NCBI GenBank assembly: GCA_030649735.1
Contig: JAUSFL010000038.1
Coordinates: 1 to 34,601 of the forward strand
Length of the DNA stretch: 34,601 nt
Direction of reading: 5' to 3'
Origin: Candidatus Iainarchaeum sp.
Lineage (GTDB): Archaea; Iainarchaeota; Iainarchaeia; Iainarchaeales; UBA10191
Shown here in pieces: positions 8,780 through 17,630 of the stretch (position 1 is the stretch's first letter; the number at the start of each line of letters is the position of its first letter). The notes under the pieces are model-generated. The model searched no databases, was not told where the DNA came from, and saw nothing but the letters and a program-made list of their open reading frames with translations. The position numbers and the translations under genes were made by a program.

Positions 8780-9813
8780 TCAATCACTTTCCAACATTGA
8801 GGGTCAAGCCCATAATAACTCCCAGTAACAGCAAATGCTACTGCTGGACAACCCCTGCAATAATTGAGCAAATCGCAGTCTTTGCATTTCTGCATTTTTT
8901 CTATTTTCCTTGCATTATTCAATTCTTTTGAATTAAGAAAAATATCAAACAGACTTTGCTCGGGGACTTTCCCAATTATCAAAGGCATTCTTCTGCAAGC
9001 CATTACTTGCCCATCAGAAAGGATTGACAAGTGCTTTATTCCCATTGAACAGCCGGATTGAACTAATTCGTTATCTTTTTGAGGCTGAAACAAGCCCAAA
9101 TCTTGGTATAATAGAGTCCACAAGTGGTCTTTTCTTCCAAATCTAGTGCTGGTTTTTCCATTCAATTTTAAGTATTCTTCCAATACTTTCAAAAGAAAAT
9201 CACGATATTCTAAAGGCTTAAATATTTGGCTTTTAAGTTGTTTTCCCCGCCCAGTTGGAACAAGCCTTGCAAAATCAAAAACATCGACTTTATCTTTTAA
9301 GAAATGAATTAAAAGAATCAAGTCTGGAGCATTCTTTTTGCTTAAAGTGAACATGCAAACTGTCCGGATTCTATTATTTTTGAGTATTCTGAAAGCCCTC
9401 AAACTGTCCTTAAAACTTCCTTTCTTTCTAAAGAAATCGTGGGTTTCTTCAAGCCCATCAATGCTTATTTGATAGCCTTTAATTCCTAGCAGTTTCAGCT
9501 TCTTTGCAACAGAATTAGTCACTAAGTAAGGATTTCCCAAAATGCTGAATGCGATCCTTCGTTTCTTGCATTCTTCCAGAATTTGAAAAAAATCTTTTCT
9601 TAAAAGCGGATCGCCGCCAGAAAAATTTATTATTGGCTCGGCATTTAACTTTCTGCAAGTTGCAACAAAATCATCTAATACTTTCAAGCAATCCTTGAAC
9701 GATAATTGATTCTTTAATTCAGACTCATAAGTTGCAGAATCATACATGTAGCAATGCTTGCATTTTTGCTCGCAATTTGCAGTAACATGCCATTGTATTA
9801 CAAAAGCAGGCAT
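8776..9813 (-). CDS. Radical SAM/SPASM peptide maturase (resembles the ACGX-system type)
   Basis: CEQKCKHC (CX3CX2C), FSGGDP, SPASM C..G....DG...C and CKDCDLLNYCRGC...DPQCW; ATG 9813 after GGTGA (ORF track start 9822). Confidence 0.92.
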   Translation of the reverse strand: MPAFVIQWHVTANCEQKCKHCYMYDSATYESELKNQLSFKDCLKVLDDFVATCRKLNAEPIINFSGGDPLLRKDFFQILEECKKRRIAFSILGNPYLVTNSVAKKLKLLGIKGYQISIDGLEETHDFFRKKGSFKDSLRAFRILKNNRIRTVCMFTLSKKNAPDLILLIHFLKDKVDVFDFARLVPTGRGKQLKSQIFKPLEYRDFLLKVLEEYLKLNGKTSTRFGRKDHLWTLLYQDLGLFQPQKDNELVQSGCSMGIKHLSILSDGQVMACRRMPLIIGKVPEQSLFDIFLNSKELNNARKIEKMQKCKDCDLLNYCRGCPAVAFAVTGSYYGLDPQCWKVIE

Positions 9814-9907
9814 AATTATCACCTAATGAATACCAACTGCGCAACCAGTTCACTAATACAATTTCCAAAACAACTATTTTTTACATATAAGCATATTTCA
9901 AACACAA

Positions 9908-9918
9908 TTAGGCACTAC
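9908..9918 (+). repeat. Boundary motif TTAGGCACTAC, copy 3
   Basis: aa-TTAGGCACTAC-a; intergenic between rSAM and trpS. Confidence 0.95.
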
Positions 9919-9958
9919 ACTAATTGAATGGCAAACCCACAAACATTACTACCCAACC

Positions 9959-11080
9959 TTAATCCCTTAAAATAAACTTATCTAGCCTCTTTTTTGCTTC
10001 TTCTCTTTTTTTCTGGTGGTCGTTTAGAAACTTTTTTATCTTATTTTCCAGTATTTTCTTGCAATCTCCACAGAGTATTTCTCCACACAAGCATCTTTTT
10101 CTTAAATCGCCTAATTCATTGTCATCCCACATAAATAATATGAAGTAATAATTGTAAACACTGCAAATATCTGGATTAGCTCCTGTTTTTCTTTGCTCTT
10201 CTGCGGTCGATTTTCCCCCAGTGAATGCATTTTTTACCTTTTTCTCAATTTGCTCGCCCGTATCAGTCGTGAATATTGCACTATCCATAATTGAAGAGCT
10301 CATTTTGCCTCCTTGTTTTAACCCCGGTAAAAACATAGAATGAATTGCTGCTGGTTTGTAATAGCCTAATTTTGGGAGAATGTCCCTGCAGACTCTAAAG
10401 TGAGGATCCTGGTCAATTGCATGGGGGATAAGGCAGGGAATGTTCTTTCCTTCTTTTATTGAAGGCAAAAATGCGGGGACTGATTGCATGCTTGTGAAGA
10501 AAATTTGGCCAACATTTGAGGATTCGTTAAAACCGAAAACTGCTCGGGCAGTTGAAAAAGTCAATTTTTTAGCAACTTTTGCAGCTTGCGGATAAAGAGT
10601 TTTAGCATAATCAAAATCGGAAAAAATGAATGTCTTTTTCTCATCAAACCCTAATGCTATAACATCAAGAGCGTTCTCATAAGCCATTCTATTAGTGAAT
10701 TCGGCAGTAAGCCCATCTTTAAAATAAAACTTTTCATCATCAGTCATTTGAAACCACAACTCAGCTCCAAACTTGTCCTGAAACCATTTAGTTAGAATCC
10801 AAGAGACTAAATGCCCCAAATGAGTATCTCCTGAAGGCCCTCTTCCAGTATAAAGAAAGAATTTATTTCCCTTCTCGTATTCACTCAAAAGCCAGTCAAG
10901 ATCCCTATGCGAAAAAAAGATTTTTCTCTTTATTAAAGGGTGAACTTCACCAGCGATCTGCTCAATTTTACTTATTATTTCATCACCAATCTTTTGAGTG
11001 CCAAAATCTCGAACTAGCTTATCATAATCTATATCCCCCTTAACTTCCCAAGGAGTCACAACAACTTCATCATTAACCAT
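9959..11080 (-). CDS. trpS: Tryptophanyl-tRNA synthetase, archaeal/eukaryal type, catalytically intact
   Basis: VTPWEV, YTGRGPSGDTHLGH (HIGH), QMTDDEK, AIDQDPHFR, KMSSS, CGDCK. Confidence 0.95.
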   Translation of the reverse strand: MVNDEVVVTPWEVKGDIDYDKLVRDFGTQKIGDEIISKIEQIAGEVHPLIKRKIFFSHRDLDWLLSEYEKGNKFFLYTGRGPSGDTHLGHLVSWILTKWFQDKFGAELWFQMTDDEKFYFKDGLTAEFTNRMAYENALDVIALGFDEKKTFIFSDFDYAKTLYPQAAKVAKKLTFSTARAVFGFNESSNVGQIFFTSMQSVPAFLPSIKEGKNIPCLIPHAIDQDPHFRVCRDILPKLGYYKPAAIHSMFLPGLKQGGKMSSSIMDSAIFTTDTGEQIEKKVKNAFTGGKSTAEEQRKTGANPDICSVYNYYFILFMWDDNELGDLRKRCLCGEILCGDCKKILENKIKKFLNDHQKKREEAKKRLDKFILRD

Positions 11081-11131
11081 TCAATCACCAATTAACATCA
11101 ATTATGCATTCGCTTCGTCCCATCAATCAAA

Positions 11132-12520
11132 TCAACTATTAACTATATTAAGAATAATCCCGGCCATTTTATTTTTACACCAACCACAATTAACTTCGCC
11201 CGAAACGCATTTTTCATAAATTTTTTCCAGAACATTGTCATTTGGCTCATTATATTTATAGAATTCAAAAACCTTACAATTTGAGATGTTATTTTTACAC
11301 GTAAAAGAATCGTTTATTTTCTTTATAATAATATCTTCAGAATCATCAAAGAATATGGTTGATTCTGGGTTGGCTGAACTTAATCTTCCTTTTCCTTCCA
11401 TTAAATTTTGCTCGTGCCTAAAATATAAGAACGATGGAATAACAGATTTGCTTGTTACTTTTCTTAAAAGATCTCGTATGATTCTGGCATGATCATCTTC
11501 TTCTATCCCGCCTATTCCAATAACTTTTTTATCGGATTTGGCATAACTAAAGAACATTGAATACATTAATAATGAAGAAAAAATGAACCCTAAATCAAAA
11601 TGGCCATAAGTATTATTAAATTTATTCAAAGTAAGTTTTTTTGCCAAGCAAAAAGCATCTATAAAATAGTCAATATCTTTTTGGCTTTGAATTATTATAT
11701 CTTCATCGCCCAAGCCAAGTTTCTTAAGCCATTTAACATAGTTATTTGTAAACGACCTAGATCGATCTAAAGAATCAACTCTTTTCCTGTCAATATATCC
11801 ATCAATGTCCAGTATCCAAACTTTAGCTGGAATCCCACAAGACTTTAGAAACTTCAATATTTCAACATCAGCCTTATTTCCTAATTGAAAGCCTCCAGAA
11901 GCAGCCAAACCAATTGCTGCTTCGACTTGTCTTTTCCCCATTAAACTTTCAATTATTTCATTAAAACCGCGCTGACCAATAAACATTCCGCGCCTAACTA
12001 AATAAAAGTCCCTAAAAAGAGTCTCTGCTTCCACTGGCATTTTTTCCACGCCAAAATGATTACTATCAGAAATAGTATCCCCAAAAAAGAGCGCATTTCT
12101 CCGTGAACCTTTATTTAGTGGCATTGTGGCTGAAGCTTTTAAGAAATTTGCATCAAAATCATTTAAGGTTTCACCATCATGAAAACAAAAATTTAATTCT
12201 CTGAGCTTATCCCTTGGAACATAAACGGCTTTTTGACCTTCAAATAGTTTAATCTTTTCCAAAGGGATATAATCCACAACATAGAATAAGAATTCTTCAC
12301 TATCAGAAAACTCCATTCGCTTATAAAAATGGAAAGTATCAATCTCTATTCCAGTTTCTTCTTTAAATTCTCTAAAAATAGCCTCTTCGGGAGTTTCAGA
12401 ACATTCAATTTGACCCCCAAAAAGCCCCCAAGTTCCGGGGAAAGAAATGTTTGGATTATCATCTCTTAACTGCAATAAATACTCATCTTTATATCTTACG
12501 ATTAGACTCGCGCATTTCAT
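11132..12520 (-). CDS. Fusion of an N-terminal Nudix hydrolase with a degenerate TrpRS-like class Ic domain
   Basis: Nudix box GGQIECSETPEEAIFREFKEETG; then RRGMFIGQRG, GLAASGGFQLGN (altered HIGH), GIEEDDHARIIRD (altered GxDQDPH), RLSSA (altered KMSSS), SGEVNCGWCK; likely ATG 12520. Confidence 0.85.
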   Translation of the reverse strand: MKCASLIVRYKDEYLLQLRDDNPNISFPGTWGLFGGQIECSETPEEAIFREFKEETGIEIDTFHFYKRMEFSDSEEFLFYVVDYIPLEKIKLFEGQKAVYVPRDKLRELNFCFHDGETLNDFDANFLKASATMPLNKGSRRNALFFGDTISDSNHFGVEKMPVEAETLFRDFYLVRRGMFIGQRGFNEIIESLMGKRQVEAAIGLAASGGFQLGNKADVEILKFLKSCGIPAKVWILDIDGYIDRKRVDSLDRSRSFTNNYVKWLKKLGLGDEDIIIQSQKDIDYFIDAFCLAKKLTLNKFNNTYGHFDLGFIFSSLLMYSMFFSYAKSDKKVIGIGGIEEDDHARIIRDLLRKVTSKSVIPSFLYFRHEQNLMEGKGRLSSANPESTIFFDDSEDIIIKKINDSFTCKNNISNCKVFEFYKYNEPNDNVLEKIYEKCVSGEVNCGWCKNKMAGIILNIVNS

Positions 12521-12525
12521 ACAAA

Positions 12526-13626
12526 TCAACTCACGGAGTTTCCCACAACTCTGCAAATTTCTTGGATTTCTTCACATTTAAGTTCTGAAAACATCGGCAA
12601 AGAGAGAACTTCGCCAGAAATTTTTTCGGTTATCGGAAACATTCCTTTCTTCAATCGTAATTCATTATATGCTTCTTGCAAGTGAATTGGAACTGGATAA
12701 TGAATTCCAAAAGCAATCCCCGCATTAGTTAAAGCAGCCATTAATTGTTGTCTCAGATTGGTCCTGATAATATACAAATGGTAAATGTGCTTTCTATTAG
12801 GCAGTTCTTTTGGAGTTATTACCCCATAGGGTTCTAATAACTCGTTATAAATTCTAGCGTTTTTTCGCCTAGCATTGTTCCATTTTTCCAAATGATTCAG
12901 CTTTACTCTTAAAACAGCGGCTTGCAGATTGTCTAAACGATTATTGAATCCAATACAGCTGTGATAGTATTTTATCTTACTTCCATAATTTCTTAATTCT
13001 CTGATTCGCTCTGCAAATTCATTATCGCTTGTTACAACAGCCCCACCATCGCCATAAGCCCCAAGATTTTTTCCAGGATAAAAAGAAAAGCAACCAACGT
13101 CAGTAACTGGCAACTTTTTTTGGCGATATTCTGCCCCATGAGCTTGACAGCAATCTTCAATTATTTTAATATCATGTTTATCTGCAATTTCTTTAATTTG
13201 CTTCATTTCAGCTGGTTGGCCATACAAATGCACAGGAATTATTGCCTTAGTCTTTTTTGTGATTGCCACCTCCAATTTCGAAACATCCAGATTATAACTT
13301 TCAGAGTCACAATCTACAAAAACCGGTTTTGCGCCAGAAAAGCTTATTGCAAGCGCGGTTGCAATGAAAGTATTTGGAGTTGTTATTACCTCATCACCGC
13401 GCTTTACCCCTGAAGCCTTAAGAGCCAAGTGTAGCGCTGAAGTCCCCGAATCAACGCTAACACAATTCTTTGCTCCACAAAAATTAGCATACTCTTTCTC
13501 AAACAACTCAACATCAGCGCCTAAAATGTAGTCAGCCCTTTGAACAGCTTCAGAAATCGCAGCATCGATTTCTGGTTTTATGCTCTCATACTGCCTTTTT
13601 AAGTCTACAAAGCTTATTTTCGCCAT
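12526..13626 (-). CDS. DegT/DnrJ/EryC1/StrS family PLP sugar aminotransferase
   Basis: SGTSALHLAL, PVHLYGQ, EDCCQAHG, FSFYPGKNLGAYGDGG, NRLD; likely ATG 13626. Confidence 0.95.
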   Translation of the reverse strand: MAKISFVDLKRQYESIKPEIDAAISEAVQRADYILGADVELFEKEYANFCGAKNCVSVDSGTSALHLALKASGVKRGDEVITTPNTFIATALAISFSGAKPVFVDCDSESYNLDVSKLEVAITKKTKAIIPVHLYGQPAEMKQIKEIADKHDIKIIEDCCQAHGAEYRQKKLPVTDVGCFSFYPGKNLGAYGDGGAVVTSDNEFAERIRELRNYGSKIKYYHSCIGFNNRLDNLQAAVLRVKLNHLEKWNNARRKNARIYNELLEPYGVITPKELPNRKHIYHLYIIRTNLRQQLMAALTNAGIAFGIHYPVPIHLQEAYNELRLKKGMFPITEKISGEVLSLPMFSELKCEEIQEICRVVGNSVS

Positions 13627-13670
13627 ATCACACAACTTTTGAAATGGTTTGAGTATTCTCTCAACCAAAT

Positions 13671-14660
13671 TTAAGAATTGATTTTGATCCGCATTCCGCC
13701 ATTTTTTAGAGACCTTTGCGCCGCTTCCATAACTTTCACAACATTATAACCATCAAGTCCGTTAGAAATCGGGTTTGAGCGTTCTTTAACGCAATTCAAG
13801 AAATGCTTAAATTCTTCTTTTAAAGGTTCAACTGGCCTAAATCTTTGAACAAGCAACGCCTCGTTTGTAAGTTGTTTTTTGGATGCTTCACGGCTAACTG
13901 CAAATTTATTAAGAATACTAATTGAATCAGCGGAAGTGCAATCAAAATAAACCGCCTTTTTATCTCCAATAATAGTAAGCTTTCTTGTTTTGCAAGGTTC
14001 CACCCAACTTAAATAAGTATTTGCAATGACATCATCTTCAAAATGAATACTCATTGAAGTAATATCTTCAATCCCGTCCTGCAAGAAACAACACCCTTCA
14101 GCAATTATGCTTATTGGCTTTTTATCAAACAAATACAAGAATATTGAGATGTCGTGGCTTCCTAAGTCCCATAATGCATTGACATCACACCTTACGGGCC
14201 CAAGCCCAGTCCTCAAAGAATTCGCATAAAGAATTTTTCCCAGCTTTTCAGTTTCAATTAGCTTTTTGATTTTATTTATTCCCGGGTTAAATTTGAAAAT
14301 ATGACCAACCATCAAAATCCGGCCTTTTTTCTCTGCAATCTTCACAAGTTCTAATGCTTCTTTTGAAGAAACAGTCATTGGCTTTTCAACAAGCACATCC
14401 TTCCCGGCAAATAATGCCTCTTTAACAATAGTATAATGTGCCGCTGCTGGCGTTGAAATAACAACAGCGTCAATTTTCTTATCATTCAAAACATCAGCAT
14501 AATCAAGGGTAGTTTTGACATTGTATTTAGCGGCGGGGGGAATAAGTGCTTCTGGATTTACATCGCAGCAGTATTTTAGCGAGCATGCATTATTTTCTTT
14601 TATTACCCGAAGATAATTAGGCCCCCAATAACCGCAGCCAATCAACCCAAAATTAATCAT
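13671..14660 (-). CDS. Gfo/Idh/MocA family NAD(P)-dependent oxidoreductase
   Basis: GLIGCGYWG, STPAAAH, VLVEKPM, MVGH, DLGSHD. Confidence 0.93.
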   Translation of the reverse strand: MINFGLIGCGYWGPNYLRVIKENNACSLKYCCDVNPEALIPPAAKYNVKTTLDYADVLNDKKIDAVVISTPAAAHYTIVKEALFAGKDVLVEKPMTVSSKEALELVKIAEKKGRILMVGHIFKFNPGINKIKKLIETEKLGKILYANSLRTGLGPVRCDVNALWDLGSHDISIFLYLFDKKPISIIAEGCCFLQDGIEDITSMSIHFEDDVIANTYLSWVEPCKTRKLTIIGDKKAVYFDCTSADSISILNKFAVSREASKKQLTNEALLVQRFRPVEPLKEEFKHFLNCVKERSNPISNGLDGYNVVKVMEAAQRSLKNGGMRIKINS

Positions 14661-14707
14661 TGCATAACCCCAAAAAATAATACTCTACAAAACCTGCATT
14701 CCCCAAG

Positions 14708-14751
14708 TTAATATTCCAGCGGTTGACTTTTTCTCAACCAATAGGTTGATT
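14708..14751. promoter_or_regulatory. TATA-like element plus palindromic operator GGTTGA-N7-TCAACC (1.5 copies)
   Basis: TTAATAT tccagc GGTTGACTTTTTCTCAACC aata GGTTGATT; near-identical block at 28524-28567. Confidence 0.75.
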
Positions 14752-14764
14752 ATTTCGAGGTTGG

Positions 14765-14775
14765 TTAGGCACTAC
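14765..14775 (+). repeat. Boundary motif TTAGGCACTAC, copy 4
   Basis: gg-TTAGGCACTAC-a; intergenic between divergent genes. Confidence 0.95.
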
Positions 14776-14849
14776 ACTTTCCTAAACTCATTGCTCCGCG
14801 CGCCTTTTGCTTGCAACATTTAAAAACCCAGAATTCCTGTTTTTCTTCT

Positions 14850-15659
14850 ATGAAAGCCAGTGGAAAAGACGCAGTCATTAAGGTTTTGAGCGAGGAGTGG
14901 CCTTTGACTGCAAGGCAGTTGCATTCCAGGCTGCAAAGGCAGCATTCTGTAAGCACTTCTTACCAGGCAACTCACAAGCTCTTGAAGCAAATGTTAACTG
15001 AAGGAATTCTGGAAAAGAAAGGAAAAGCTTACTCCATCAGGGTTTCTTGGGTTGAAAGCCAGCAAAAGAACGCTGAACAATTAACCAAGGCAGTAAAGCA
15101 GCAAACTCCTGAAGTTAACTTGGAAAGCCTGAAGGAAGGCCAGTCTTTGACTGTAAATTGCAAGGGAATTCCAGAAACCGGCTGGTTTTTGATAGACAAA
15201 ATCCTGCCGGCCCCAAATCCTGAAAAAAAGCCAGGAATTGCATTATGGCGTTTTTGCTACTCTATTGTGGGCTTGGAGTCAAAGCACTTGGAAGGCTTGA
15301 AAAAAGCAATGAAAAAGAACAAGTGGATAGTGTTTATTGAAGAAAAAAACGCTGTTGACAAAATGTTTGCTGAAACCTTGAAATCTTACGGTTTTAAAGA
15401 ATTCCATTTTGGAGTCAAATGCGCCACTCCCTTAAGCGACAAAATGGTTTTGGGAGACTTTATTTCAGAAATAACCTATCCTTCCTGGTTTAGGAAAGTC
15501 TGGGCAATCCAAAACCGCCTGCCAAAAAAAATAATCCAATTCAACCTGGCAAAGCACTTTCTCCTAATGCGCGAAATCCAACCAAATATAACAATAACCA
15601 TTACAAAAAATAAACAGCAAGCCAACGAGTACAGGAAAGAGTATTTGAAAGGAAAATAA
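14850..15659 (+). CDS. Winged-helix transcription regulator (EWPL family), paralog 1
   Basis: LSEEWPLTARQLH...SYQATHKLLKQM...W; C-terminal TITKN; likely ATG 14850. Confidence 0.75.
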   Translation: MKASGKDAVIKVLSEEWPLTARQLHSRLQRQHSVSTSYQATHKLLKQMLTEGILEKKGKAYSIRVSWVESQQKNAEQLTKAVKQQTPEVNLESLKEGQSLTVNCKGIPETGWFLIDKILPAPNPEKKPGIALWRFCYSIVGLESKHLEGLKKAMKKNKWIVFIEEKNAVDKMFAETLKSYGFKEFHFGVKCATPLSDKMVLGDFISEITYPSWFRKVWAIQNRLPKKIIQFNLAKHFLLMREIQPNITITITKNKQQANEYRKEYLKGK

Positions 15660-15816
15660 GCTACTTTTTTTTCTCCAATTTTTCAATAATCACGTCATAA
15701 TCCTTTCTCACTATAAACATGGCAAAAAACCCAACTAATAATCTTTATATATCGGGATATTTATTATACTATTAGACCCTTACAAAAGCTGGTTTAATAA
15801 CGAATTAGAGAATTAC

Positions 15817-16260
15817 ATGATTACAGAATTTTATGATGTTGTGTTAGTTGACTTTAGCGGTTTGCTTCCTTTTAAACTGGAAAAAACTGAAATATTGACA
15901 AGACAGGAAGAAGTTTCACAAGAAAACTTGGAACAGTTTCTGGTAGAGTTAGAGCGTGGCTTGAAAGATGAGTTCGTTTATATCGGCTCTGATTTGCTTG
16001 AAACAAAGCTCTTTCACAGAGCAATCTTAAAAACAGGCTTGCTAGAATTATTGATTGGAACGCCAGTAACCTTGCTGGGACATTTTAAAGAAAAAGACCA
16101 CGCCCAAAAGTTTAAGAACACCTTGCAAAAAACGCTTGAAGGAATTGTACCAAAACAAATAGCACCACTGCTTGAAGAATCAATTGAAATAAGGAAAGTA
16201 AAAAAAGAAATCATCACCAAAAAAGGGTTGAGAAAATTAGGGAGTGTTTTAAATGGCTGA
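15817..16260 (+). CDS. Hypothetical protein (147 aa), first gene of the FIST operon
   Basis: ORF with TTTATATA upstream; overlaps the start of the next gene. Confidence 0.7.
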   Translation: MITEFYDVVLVDFSGLLPFKLEKTEILTRQEEVSQENLEQFLVELERGLKDEFVYIGSDLLETKLFHRAILKTGLLELLIGTPVTLLGHFKEKDHAQKFKNTLQKTLEGIVPKQIAPLLEESIEIRKVKKEIITKKGLRKLGSVLNG

Positions 16261-17614
16261 AGGATTAATAAGCAAATGGACTAAACTCCAGAAAGTAAAA
16301 GAAGGAAAAACAGACAGAAAATTGTTGATTGGAACTGGAATATCAACAAAAGACAATGCTTTTGAAGCAGCGAAGGAAGCCGCAGAAAACGCATTGAAAG
16401 AACTAAATGGGAAAAAACCAACAATATCTTATGCTTTCTTCTCTGGAGACTACGACCCTTACAAACTAAGCGAAGGATTGCAAAGCATTTTGAAAGGAAC
16501 AGAATTTGTAGGCGGTCTAGGAGATAGAGTAATCTTTGGCAATCAAGTAATTGAAAAAGGCATTGTTGTTGCAAGCATACAGTCAGACTTTCTGCATGTC
16601 GGCGTAGCTTCTACAGAAAACGTTTCAGCAGACCCTTATGAGATAGCAAAAAAAACAACAAAAGAAGCACTAAGCAAACTAACAGTCGACAATTATGTTG
16701 ATCCATACCTGCAAGCCTTGAGAATGAAAGGCGGAGATATTCGAAGCATAGTGAAAATCCCCCCATACTACATAAATGTTTTCACAAAAGGCTTTCAATT
16801 GCCAAAAATGGGAGAAGAAACAAAAATAATTCTAGGGATATCTGATGTTGTTGGAAGACAAATTCCAATCTGGGGCGGAAGCTTTGAAACCGCATTAGAG
16901 AAAGTTATGACAAAATATGAAATATACTCACTACATTCTGGAAAAGTATTGAAGGATGGATTAATAATAGTCTTCAATAGCAGCAGTTTGCTGTATGGAA
17001 ACTCTATTGCGCACGGTTGCAAAAAGACCGGCGAAATCAGTGTAATCACAAAAACTTCCATGGGCGGATATGTGGTTGACGAGATTTCTGGACAAAAGCC
17101 AGTTGATTGGTATGCAAAAAGACTCAAAATGGACAAAAAGGACTTCTTGGGGAAAGTGATGGTATTGGGTTTAACTCAGCGATGGCCATTAGGAATGCCA
17201 GATAATTTAGGTAGATTTGTAATTAGGGGTGGAGGAGTACCAATAGGGGACAGTTTAGCTTATGTTGCGCCACTGATCGAAGGCGCACCAGTTTATTTGA
17301 TGGATGCCGACCCAAAAAACTTGTTTAGTGCAACAGAAGAAATAATAAAAAACATTCAAGAATACACTGAAGAAACACAAGCACCAGAATTATTGCTAAT
17401 TACCTCTTGCCTTTCAAGAAGAGCAGTTTTACAAAAAGACTTAGAAAAAGATTTGCAAAACATTAGCACGAGCTTTGGCAATGCTCCGCTTGTTGGTTTC
17501 ACTTGCTCTGGCGAGATTGGCTCAAAAGCAGGAGACCTAGCCACATTCCACCATGTATGCAATAATATCTTCGCATTCTATGACAAGCTATTAGCACAAC
17601 AAAAGAAGCCATAA
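16253..17614 (+). CDS. FIST sensory-domain protein (FIST_N plus FIST_C)
   Basis: AAKEAAENAL, FFSGDYD, PIWGG, IAHG, EISGQKP, SCLSRR, LVGFTCSGEI. Confidence 0.85.
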   Translation: MAEGLISKWTKLQKVKEGKTDRKLLIGTGISTKDNAFEAAKEAAENALKELNGKKPTISYAFFSGDYDPYKLSEGLQSILKGTEFVGGLGDRVIFGNQVIEKGIVVASIQSDFLHVGVASTENVSADPYEIAKKTTKEALSKLTVDNYVDPYLQALRMKGGDIRSIVKIPPYYINVFTKGFQLPKMGEETKIILGISDVVGRQIPIWGGSFETALEKVMTKYEIYSLHSGKVLKDGLIIVFNSSSLLYGNSIAHGCKKTGEISVITKTSMGGYVVDEISGQKPVDWYAKRLKMDKKDFLGKVMVLGLTQRWPLGMPDNLGRFVIRGGGVPIGDSLAYVAPLIEGAPVYLMDADPKNLFSATEEIIKNIQEYTEETQAPELLLITSCLSRRAVLQKDLEKDLQNISTSFGNAPLVGFTCSGEIGSKAGDLATFHHVCNNIFAFYDKLLAQQKKP

Positions 17615-17630
17615 AACAAAAAGTGATGCT

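Noticed and set aside
12526-14660. Treating Gfo plus DegT with the GT4 at 7607..8779 as an ordinary surface-glycan locus
   Set aside because: The GT is translationally coupled to the rSAM in a different repeat-bounded module, and no flippase, epimerase or nucleotidyltransferase is present; kept only as an alternative.
15655-15672. AATAAGCTAC followed by a T-run after regulator 1, as a degenerate boundary repeat
   Set aside because: Needs a gap and mismatches; better explained as a stop codon plus an archaeal oligo-T terminator.
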